DNA of 63,214 bases, counting the filler, from Rhabdomonas costata (taxonomy: Eukaryota): assembly GCA_019059605.1 (NCBI GenBank). It is 37 parts of 37 records of this genome, joined end to end, with 100 filler letters (N's around TTAATTAATTAA, not from the genome) between each part and the next. Parts side by side here need not be neighbours in the genome. Positions count along the whole stretch, not along the records: positions 23,976 to 25,587 come from JAHMHO010012014.1; positions 25,688 to 27,284 come from JAHMHO010012015.1; positions 27,385 to 28,995 come from JAHMHO010012016.1; positions 29,096 to 30,706 come from JAHMHO010012017.1; positions 30,807 to 32,417 come from JAHMHO010012018.1; positions 32,518 to 34,128 come from JAHMHO010012019.1; positions 34,229 to 35,840 come from JAHMHO010012020.1; 30 more parts are not named here. One strand, 5' to 3'. A model generated the notes under the pieces. The model was not told the DNA's origin, ran no database searches, and saw only the letters and a list, made by a program, of their open reading frames with translations. This document shows, in pieces, positions 24,322 through 34,288 of the stretch (the first letter of the stretch is position 1; the number at the start of each line of letters is the position of its first letter). Both the position numbers and the translations under genes were made by a program.

Positions 24322-24772
24322 ATGCCTTCACCGGCGTCCCCTGCCGCGCGCAAGGGGCTCTCCGCGGCGCAAGTCCGGGCAATCGCCTCGGTGTTCCAGT
24401 ACGCTGACCTCAACAACGACGGAACCCTGGACTTTGAAGAAATGCGCACCCTGCTCAGTGATCTCGGGTACGCCGCCCGTCCGGCAAACATGAGCCTTCA
24501 TTCCCCAACCGGAGCTTCTCTCTTCTTCACTTGCTTTTCATATCATATGAATCACGTTTCTTCTTGGACTCTGTCACAGCACAGCGGATGTGTTGGGCAG
24601 CTATTGATCGCATTCATTCTCTCAAACACACGTGCACCTCCTAACAGGCCGTCTCGCTGCTCTTTAAGATTTAAGCTCTCTCTCTCTCGTTCCACAGGTA
24701 TCCTTCCGCGGATGAGGACGTGCAGCGAGTGATGAAGCAGCTGGACTCGGATGGGAGCAACAAAATCGAGTG
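24322..24772 (+). CDS. EF-hand (calmodulin-like) protein, first two exons
   Basis: Exons 24322 (or 24262)-24467 and 24698-24772 join in phase 2: VFQYADLNNDGTLDFEEMRTLLSDLG|YPSADEDVQRVMKQLDSDGSNKIEW, giving two EF loops. Confidence 0.88.
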
Positions 24773-25111
24773 GTGTGGCGATTCTCTAATGACCCCCCCG
24801 TTTGTCTTTTTCGGAATTGTGCAAACAGCGGTCGTCTCGATTTTTTCTCCTCTAGTAATTTTTTGTTCACTAGTAAGCGGTAATGGAGTGTTCTAAAAAC
24901 GTCGGGGGCAACCAAACCTGGCCAACTGCGAGGAAACAAGCACATCAGTGAACCAGGCTGATTTTTGGACCCGCGCTTGAACCAGATCCCGTTCCTCGCG
25001 CTACCGGCCCTGCTCGTTGCCGTGGGGCAGAGTGTGGCTTAGCCTGAATGGAGAGGCTGCTGACACAAAAGCAGCAGCAAAATCACTTGGTTTTCATGCT
25101 TGGAAGACAGT

Positions 25112-25582
25112 GGTGGAGAGGAGACACCATGACAGCAACAAACACACACACATACACACAGAAGGCTACACTGCCCGACGTAAGCAACTCAACCGGAGAA
25201 GAGGGAAGGCAGCAAGGGGTGCGCTGTGCCCCGAGAATGCACGCATTGCATGTATGTGTGGGAGCAGTGAATGATGCGGCGAAAGGGCCATGTGAAAATG
25301 CATCAACTAGGTGCTCAAAGAATTGCAAAAGAAACGCCCGCGGCTCCGGGTGAATTTCACGCCGACGGGAGAAAAAGAAAACTCCCTTCCCCAGGATCAG
25401 GAAAAGTCGAAGGCAGGCGCAGGCTCCGGAGCTAGCTGACCACACAAAACAGAGAGTCTGCCGCATACACACACAACCACACACAGACACACACACACTT
25501 TGAGCGTACTGTACAGCGGTAGTCCATTGCTTCTGTGTGTATGTGTGTGTGTTTGTTGCTGTCATGGTGTCTCCTCTCCACC
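25112..25582. repeat. 53-bp perfect inverted repeat (25112-25164 / 25530-25582) at contig end
   Basis: GGTGGAGAGGAGACACCATGACAGCAACAAAC...CAGAAG and its exact reverse complement. Confidence 0.92.
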
Positions 25583-27427
25583 CCAACNNNNNNNNNNNNN
25601 NNNNNNNNNNNNNNNNNNNNNNNNNNNNNNNTTAATTAATTAANNNNNNNNNNNNNNNNNNNNNNNNNNNNNNNNNNNNNNNNNNNNTGTGTGTGTGAGT
25701 AAATTTCAGAGGCTAAAACACCTTAGCAACCAGTCTTCATCGTTGGGTGTGCTTTGGATCATGGCTTTAGTTTTTGCCTGGTAGGGTGCATCTGGATCAT
25801 AGTGTTTGGTCTTGTGGTGTGGCTAATGGTGGTCCTTCGTCCCACCGTGTTACTGGAAGTGGTGCCTTGGTTTGACGTGCTGGGGCTGTTGTCGGTGTGC
25901 TGGTTGTGGTGTGTGTTCCGCTTCTTGGCCTTGGGGTGTTGGGGTGTGTCATCGCGTTGGGCTCGGGTTCATGGGTTATTTGTTATTGGCTGTGGTGTTG
26001 CGGGCCCTAGTGTGGTTGGCTATGGTGTTCTTGGTGTCTGTGTGGGCATCGATCTCACTGTTGGGGCCGTTGGCGCAGGCCATGTTGTGTCTGGTAAGGC
26101 TCATGTTGTTCGTCTTTGTTGCCGGGTGTTGACTTGAAGGGTGGGTTGGTAGTGTTGGATGCGGTGGTGCTTTAGGTGCTTTATTTGTGCCGGTCGTGGT
26201 TTCGCCTCCCCTCCGTCTTAATAATTCCAAACGGTATAATGCTGTGTTTTCCGAAATGCCTTCGTAACAACAGTACCGCTTCTTTCACTCTCTCGCACCT
26301 TCGCCCCAAAAACTTATTGACGATCGCCCCGTTGTCTGGAATAGTTCCCTGGCGTATATTGGGGAAACTTAAACGCGAGAGCTGGAAACTTTTCTTAAAC
26401 GGGCCAAAACGGGCGTCCTCGCGCCCGATGTTCGGTGGGCCGGTGTCGCGCCTAAGTGTGCCTCAAACGAGAACCCAAACCCAAACGAGAAGTGGTAGCG
26501 GGGGGGACATGCCACATGTGGTGTCGGTGTCTAAGGCGCTTCAATTTTGTCCACGAATCAACCATTGCGATAAAATTTGTGGGCATCCGACTTTGCCCGG
26601 GGAACCAAACGTTTGGAGCTGTTTTTGCCGAAGCCGCAAGAGCAAGGGCTCCCATCCGCAGGTTCTTTTTTTCATTTTTACGTAGATAGATAAACGGGCA
26701 GCTTTTGGAAACTTGCGGAAAATTGTAACGGAAGGCCGGTATGCGTGTGGTCTGGGTGCCGGGGTTGTGGCCGCAAGGTCGCGGGTCTTGAAGGCAAGAG
26801 TCAAATGTCCTTTTCTTCGCACTGTTTGCTTTCAATGACTGAGTTTATTGCTCTCTTTCGTCTGGCGCTCTTTATAGCTCTCCTTCACTTCGAAAAAAGG
26901 CATGCGAAAGAGAAGAGTTCGGTAATTGTTTCTATACTCCGGCTGATAAATAGATGCGGGTTTTTGAGTGCGTGAGGTTTCCCGCTGCATTCGAAGGACC
27001 AAAAGCAAGTCCGCGACGACAACTGTGTGACGATACCTCTCTGCTGTCCCGTAGTAAACTGCCCGCGGAGTCCACGGATCACTTCGAAGAAAATGGAGGA
27101 AATGCTCTACGACACAGAATCACGACAGAACAGAAATTGAAAGATATAAGATATAAGTTGAAAGATATAAGCATCCAAACCACAGAATCCATAACAAGGT
27201 CAGCCTACCCATTCGGGGCCCCCACCCTTCTCTACCGAAATAGGCATGGTGACACAAAAGTACACTACAGGCTGGTCCCAGCCANNNNNNNNNNNNNNNN
27301 NNNNNNNNNNNNNNNNNNNNNNNNNNNNTTAATTAATTAANNNNNNNNNNNNNNNNNNNNNNNNNNNNNNNNNNNNNNNNNNNNTTTGTGGTTTGAGTGG
27401 GCAGGAAGCAAAGGGCATTGACCGGAC

Positions 27428-28843
27428 CTTCCGACGGAAGTCAAGGCCGTATGGGCGCTCCTTCTTAGAGGGGGCGTAGTACTTGAAGGCCTGGAAGGGA
27501 TTGCTCTCCACCTCGCCGTCCAGAGTACCTGATTCCAACCACCACAATCAAAAAATGCTGGGAAGGAAACCAGGAGGTTCGATTTCGATTGCTCTCCAGT
27601 GTCAAACTGCAAATCAGAAGAATTGGCGCACGCGCGGGTGCGTAGAAACAACAAACAAACATAGAGAGAGAGAGAGACAAACACCCGTGGAGCTGGTAAT
27701 GCGCATTCCCTCAACCTTCGGCGGAGAGAGAGCGGGTTCGTTGTCTGACAAGGGGTCCTCCATCACTGCAAACATGGAAAAAAATGGGTGACCTTCCCAC
27801 CCCATTTCTTCTACCATTTAAGAGGTGTGGTGATAGAACGGTACCGTAAGAGAGAGGATGGGGTGAATAAACAAAGAATCACCCATTTCACAAAACAAAG
27901 ATACACGGCAAACACCCCACAATATACAAATCGAATGTCAATCAGAATGAATATTAATGAAGAATGAATTAATGATGAATACTCATTCAAATTTACACGG
28001 CTGCAAAAGACAAACGGGGAAGCACGAACGCACGTACCGTCAGCAGGCTGGTACTTCCGGAAGTGAGAGGTGTCAAAGGGGCTTTGCAAGACGGGCCTCC
28101 ATGGAGGGTCCTGGTTTCTGATCAACGTGAAGTTCACGTCTGTGCAACCGAGATCCAGCTCGTAACAAACACTGCGTGGTTAGTGTGGCTGCTGAAGCAC
28201 TCCCGACGTGGATCGTGGATCAGGGCGGCATTAGATCGAAGTGTTTGTACGCTCTAAAGCACCACCTCCTGCTTTTATTGCACCGTAAACCGCGAAGAAG
28301 ACATGAGCCTTGGAGTGCCGTTAAAGAATTTCGAGGTGTCAACCCATCTTCCTTTCTTTTTTTAGCAAGAACCTCCTGCTTTATCTCATTATCCATGCTC
28401 TCCGCAGAACGTTAGCAGCACGAGCAGAGAATCTGTCATGCCAGATAACTGCCAGTGGACCAAATCCATCTTGAAAAGGGGAGCGGGGAGTAAAGGAGAG
28501 ATTTAGACCTCGGAACCACTTGTGGGCCCGGACCTCCGCCGCACCATGCCGGGCCCCCAGGCGCTTGGCGGGGCTGGGATGCAGCAGCTTTGTGATGAGG
28601 TTCTTCACCGAATTGGAGACCTGCGCGCACACACCCACGCACGCCTAGCAGAGGCATCAAATCCAGTCCCAGCAGACGGGGGCATATGGAAGGGAAAAAT
28701 AAAGCAGCCCGCTCTGACACCCCCCACCCCAACGCACACTCTCCCCAAGACACCTTTGGAGTGGGCGGGAACTTCAACTCCTTGTTAATGATGTTGGCAA
28801 AGGTCTCCGAGTGGCTCTTGCCCTTGTACGGAGTGAACCCGTA
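27428..28843 (-). CDS. AGC-family Ser/Thr kinase C-terminal part (phototropin/Nrc-2/Fpk1-like), 5 exons
   Basis: Exons 28843-28754, 28620-28509, 28139-28038, 27765-27685 and 27528-27428, all GT-AG and in phase: YGFTPYKGKSHSETFANII...|...KLLHPSPAKRLGARHGAAEVRAHKWFR|DVNFTLIRNQDPPWRP...DTSHF...NPFQAFKY (hydrophobic-motif-like). Confidence 0.9.
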
Positions 28844-30551
28844 CTGCGCAAAAGGGGGCATCGAGGATGAAGAAGGGAGGAAGCACGCGAAAGGAAAGAT
28901 CGAATGAAGCAAGGTTCCACCACGTTGCAGTGCGGGGCGGGTGAGTGGAACTTTTTCAAAGAAAATATCGTGGTTTGGCTTGGGAGGCCAAAAACNNNNN
29001 NNNNNNNNNNNNNNNNNNNNNNNNNNNNNNNNNNNNNNNTTAATTAATTAANNNNNNNNNNNNNNNNNNNNNNNNNNNNNNNNNNNNNNNNNNNNAAAAC
29101 GGTGTGAAACAAACCAGGAACTCTCCATATTCCGCTCATTGCAGGTAGGTTTTGCTTTGCAACGCAATAGTTTTGGGGTGGAGGATTGGTTCCGACACGA
29201 AAAACCCCGAAAACCCAGAAGAAATAGCGGGAGCTTTTAGCGCGCCATTTAACAGGATCATCCACTTGCTTGTTTTTTGTGAACAGTGGAGACTGCTTTT
29301 ATCTTACGGGATCAGTGGTAAGTTTTTGAGGCGGTGACAAACGAACGCGTTCCTGTGCCGCATTGCCGTGCCGTGAGTCTTTTTTGTTTTATATGAACAA
29401 ACTGAGACAACTGTTTTGGTGAGAGATGAAACTGGTGCCTTCGAACGATATTAGTGTGTGTGTGTGTGTGTTCCTGTCAAGGGCGACGGTGAGGGTGTTG
29501 AGGGTCAACACGAAACAGCCAGGCAGTATCATCATAAAAACTTCAAACTTGAACAGTTGCGTTGGGTTTAAATTATTGAAATTAAATTTTATAAAAGAAC
29601 AAAATAAATTCACATTCATATATATGCAACGCGTAGAGGCGGAGAACAGAAGCTTTTCCAAGTGCAGCTTTAAGATTTTCACGCCAGCGTATCCGATTTT
29701 CTGTCCTTTGTACCTGAGGTTGGTGTATTCGTTCGTACCTGAGGTTGGTTCCGTTTGGAACCGAGCGAAACAAATAAGGTGGGAAGAGGGCATTAGTCGG
29801 GCATGCGTTGTGAAAACTGGGGACTGTGAACACCCAATGCCCATCCAACTTCCCTACATTTCTGCCATTATAATTAGAGCTCTCCTCGATTCGCAGAACC
29901 TCCTCAATTCGCTTCTGCCCATTCGGCAGGCACGGTGCATACTACTGCAAGGTGCGGGGGTAGGCACGGTCCGTGCTACTTCTGCGAACTGTCCAGTGAC
30001 ACCAACTGGCTGCACAGCAGTTTATTGCAGGCGAATTGCAGGCAAAGTGCATGGTACACGAAGTTGCCTGGGGATCCATCCTTTCTGATGTTCTCCCTTG
30101 CGGGCTTAATAACTCTGTCCCACAAGCGCACCGGGTTCTGAAGAGCTGTGTCATTTTGTTGTCTGCTCCAGACTTTCCGGGTCCCATGACAGAACTGCCA
30201 CTGGCCAGTTAGCGTTCATGGGCAAATTTTCGTGGTTCTCTGCGCAAATAGCATGAGCGCCTCACATGCAAAATAATGTTTTGAACGAAGATGCTGAGAA
30301 CCAGCAGACCACTTGGCAAAGCGTTCTTTGTTTTGCCCTTCGGGCAGTCTGCGGTTGAAAAAATGATCTTCCTTTGTTCGATCGATACATCAAGTGTACA
30401 TCTCTCTCCCGCTGAAAGGTGCTCAAGAACTGCTCACGGTGGGTCCCCCACTTGAATCCTGTTCGTCCGCAGCACACACTGAACTTCTTGTTCAGCTTGA
30501 CGAGCATGCTGTTTGCGGTCGTCTCACTTCTCCCCTGCTTCAAAAACCCAG

Positions 30552-30706
30552 AACATCTTCACCCCTCTGTCACCCTCGCGGAAGCAGGCTTGAGCAAAGG
30601 CAGAGAAGTCACCTTGGTGCTCACGCTGAGCGGTGGAAAGATTACGAGTCCTCGAGCCATGGGCAGCAGTTCACGCCAAACGGGCCTCACGGACCCCCCC
30701 AACACC
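30552..30706 (+). CDS. Possible ubiquitin-like domain C-terminus fused to a downstream peptide
   Basis: HLHPSVTLAEAGLSKGREVTLVLTLSGG-KITSP resembles the ubiquitin end [27 protein letters not shown]. Confidence 0.45.
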
Positions 30707-30947
30707 NNNNNNNNNNNNNNNNNNNNNNNNNNNNNNNNNNNNNNNNNNNNTTAATTAATTAANNNNNNNNNNNNNNNNNNNNNNNNNNNNNNNNNNNNNN
30801 NNNNNNAGATTTGTTTTGGGTCAATGGTCACGGAAAGAGCTTTGCGACTTGTGACTTTAATGTTCGACAGGAAAGTTTTCACAGCAAACTGAAAGAAGTT
30901 AACCGTGTGTAGTTTGGTAGGGTGCTCCTTGCACTCCGCGACTGGCA

Positions 30948-31122
30948 CCTCGCTGCTTGACCGAGTTGAACCCGGTGAGCTTGTCCACAAAGGCCGCGGC
31001 GTCCTCCTCCTCCACGGCCGGGATGACGGTCACCTTGTGCAGGGAGACCAAGGGGGCGTACTTGTTTTTTTGTTCCGGGCCTTGTTGCGCAGCGCGGACT
31101 TCGCGGCGTGGGTGTCCAGCCC
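30948..31122 (-). CDS. Probable exon, unknown protein
   Basis: GC3-rich frame KNKYAPLVSLHKVTVIPAVEEEDAAAFVDKLTGFNSVKQR between CAG and GT; boundaries approximate. Confidence 0.4.
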
Positions 31123-32517
31123 GCTGCGGGCCTCACCGGTTGTGAGGCTACGCATAGTGAAGTGGTTAGACACTTTTCATGGGGCCTTTTTCCGAGGTCA
31201 TATTGGGGGTCGCATTTCGCGCATTTCCTCTCACTTGTAAACATGGACCACCATTGAGGCAGCGACGAACACCCGCGCATCTCCAGAGCAGAGGGGGTTC
31301 GTTCCATGAACACAACGGTGAGCGAGTGTTCCCTTCCCTTGTTACTTGGAATACTTGCGCTCGAGCCACCTCTGCACGTTAGTCCGTCCAAATATGCCTT
31401 CACATTTGGCACTTTTCTGCCGAATTCCACTGTCTCATGGCACTTTCAGGTGCTTTTTGTTTCCATCGCTCCACATTTTTACCTTCACATCTGGCTTTAG
31501 AAACCCGAGTGATGGACACAGTAGGATAAAATTTGACGATTCATGAGAGAACTTGCTGACTTCTCTAACGAGGACTTTTGCTTTTCGTTAATGTTTTCGT
31601 TTCCCAGGTCACATTAGCAATACTGGCCTCTCCTGACCGGGCAGAACAAAATGATGCAATCAGTAGGATAAAAGTTGACGATTCATGAGAATCGGTTCTT
31701 GCTGACATCGGTTTTTGCGAAGGTCCCTTTTTTCTTGTTTCTCAGACCTCAGACCTTCCAACCATGTGTCTGGTTTCGGACTTTAGTGAGCTCTATTTTT
31801 TCTTTCGAATCTTCCAGCACAGGCAGTTCGTTTGGGGCAAGGTGGGCGGGGTGGCCGCACAAGGTCCATCAAGGGTGGACGAGTGGCGGCCTGGCCGACT
31901 GGGTCCTGGGGCCTTCCCTAGGAAGGGCGCTTGGGGCACGGTTGTCTGCGAGGCGGCAATTTTTCCTTTACGAAAAGCCAGTAGTAAACGCTAGTAGTAA
32001 GTGTCGAAAAAGGTAGCTGTAAAAACATCGTGTGCAATGACAACTATTGACGGCAGGGGATAGTCCGAGACGTGAAACGCCACGAGGTTGCATCCCTTAC
32101 AACTGGAAAGCAATTTCGGTATATCTAATTTCTGTTCAAATTTAATTGCGTTTTTTATACCAATGTGCAGATTGCGGAAACATGCCATCCTATTTTGGCC
32201 TCAGCTCACACACACACACACTCTCTCTCTCTCGCACTTTTTTAATCAGATGAAAAGTGTTTCTAATCGAAGATCAATTATCTCAATTCTTCCAGTTTTC
32301 CTCTGGCTTTCACATGTGGCTAGGGGAGTCGTTTTTTTTGCTTGGCTTTTGCTGAACGCAACGCGCTTTGTCGTGTTCGTCGGTTTTCTTTTCGAGAGAG
32401 CTCTAACCGTTCGTGTTNNNNNNNNNNNNNNNNNNNNNNNNNNNNNNNNNNNNNNNNNNNNTTAATTAATTAANNNNNNNNNNNNNNNNNNNNNNNNNNN
32501 NNNNNNNNNNNNNNNNN

Positions 32518-32683
32518 TGTGTTGTGGAGGCCGCGGTGCGGTGCCAGCAGAGGCTTAACGTGCTGCGGGGAAAGTGGGCGCAGGCGGGGCTGCCTGAGCT
32601 ACACTGCCGCATTGGGCTGAATTGTGGCGAAGTGCTTGTGGGGAACTACGGATGTGAAGTAAAGATGGACTTCACCATCCTGG
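32518..32683 (+). CDS. Class III adenylyl cyclase exon
   Basis: VEAAVRCQQRL...GLPELHCRIGLNCGEVLVGNYGCEVKMDFTILG|GTGTGT; same intron position and phase as the paralog exon ending at 5435. Confidence 0.88.
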
Positions 32684-33668
32684 GTGTGTGCCTCATTCTG
32701 TTGCTGTTGGATATGGTAACTCCAATGGACGTGAGTGGTATTCTGAGGTTTTGTCAGCGCCAAGCAGTGTTCACTCGGTTTCCAGCTTTCCGTTTTCGTA
32801 TAGGGCGTGCATTTAGGGGATTGGACGGCAGGGGTTGAAGCAGAGACCTTGGCAATTTACAAAATTTAACGCATATGCAGCTATCTTCGGCTCTGCTGGG
32901 GTCCTGTGAGTCATCAACCCCACCCACCCACAAATGTTGTGGACTTGGTAACTTTTTTTTTGCTCCTTGGGCTCCACACCCTCGATGGGGGCATGGGCGC
33001 CGATCGGGTCACACTCCTTTCTGGGTCCTGTAAAGTAGTGAGTGCAGGTGTGTGGTGCTCGGTGGTACCCGTCCAAAGCCAAAGATTAGCACGTGATCTA
33101 AAACTAAATACCTGGGATATTGGGCCGCGGAGCACAGCGGAATTCAGGAATCATCCGCTTCCATTCGAATCCCAAGGGAGACAACCTAATCACTCACCGC
33201 TTCATGAAAACAGCCCGGTACCACTGGTGCCGGTACCCCACACACCACTATACAGGAGCCCTCTTTCCCTGTCCGCTCTGCGTCTCTCTGCCTAACGCTA
33301 CTCTCACCTCCCTCGCAGGGTTGACGTCCCCCTTGGGAACTAGAACCGAGTACGCTGGCGTACGCTGGGGTACGCTGGGACTGGGGGGAACCTCCGACCG
33401 CGCAAATCACGCACAACATTCCGTGTTCGTACTCCCCAGTTTGATCTGCAGGCGTGCACGCACGTAAACAGACATACAACGCACTCAGGATCACGGACCT
33501 CTTGCCTCTTTTCGAGAACTCATCTAGGCTGTGGGTTTTTCATCGTTTAAAAACAAAGCCCAAAAAACCAATGGAAAAAACCAAATGGATGCAGCCGTCA
33601 CCCTGGAAACTGGGACCGACTGGGACCCAGTGAAGTGAAACGCTGGGGAGGGCGGAGAAGGGCGCAAC

Positions 33669-33717
33669 CAGAAACTCATGATGGCGTCGCCCACGTACTT
33701 GTCGATCGTTCCCCCGG
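33669..33717 (-). CDS. Class III adenylyl cyclase micro-exon (GGTIDKYVGDAIMSFW)
   Basis: 49-nt CAG/GT-bounded exon encoding the substrate-specifying Lys and metal-binding Asp motif DKYxGDA. Confidence 0.85.
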
Positions 33718-34228
33718 CTGAGTGCCCATGTGGGATCAAAAGCGGCATTCATCGGGACACAACTACATGAGTGCATTTATGCCCCTCCCCCCCCCCCTCA
33801 ACCCGCTGTAACTCGCACATGCATGTCCAGCAAAATGAAAGCACCTAGGATCTCGGAAAGAGTCCTGGGAACCCCCTGCACAAGCTTTTCTTGCAATCCC
33901 AGAGGACACGTGCATCGCCACCTTACCCGCTGCACATTCCTTTCTTAGAACCCCAGGGGACCTGTGGATCGCCTCCTAACCCCCTGCATTCTCAGGACGC
34001 GGCCACGCTCACCAGCACACAACCGCCATCTTTAAAAAAGATTTTAAAAAAATCCGCTGACCCACAAGTTGCTCTGCAAAGGAAGGCAAGAACATCCAAA
34101 GAAAAAACGACCAGGAATCCCCCCTACANNNNNNNNNNNNNNNNNNNNNNNNNNNNNNNNNNNNNNNNNNNNTTAATTAATTAANNNNNNNNNNNNNNNN
34201 NNNNNNNNNNNNNNNNNNNNNNNNNNNN

Positions 34229-34288
34229 TTAATCGCCACGTCCATGTCCATCTTCCACAGCTGCATGGAGTACTCGTGGGATCTCAAG
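34229..34288 (+). CDS. Possible EXS-family (XPR1/SYG1/PHO1-like) exon end
   Basis: LIATSMSIFHSCMEYSWDLK|GTATGA resembles the EXS motif Y..WDL.MDW; only 20 codons visible. Confidence 0.35.

Noticed and set aside
27570-27600. GGTTCGATT T-loop-like motif (also GTTCGAATC near 47613)
   Set aside because: No cloverleaf could be folded; no tRNA or rRNA genes are supported in the window
27700-27716. Apparent non-canonical GA donor in kinase exon 4
   Set aside because: Extending the exon to 27685 gives a canonical GT donor in the correct phase
31519-31706. 30-bp direct repeat as a CRISPR array
   Set aside because: Only two copies, a 112-bp spacer, no cas genes and a eukaryotic context
33082-33091. 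AAGATTAGCA resembling U6 snRNA
   Set aside because: No ACAGAGA box or downstream U6 stem
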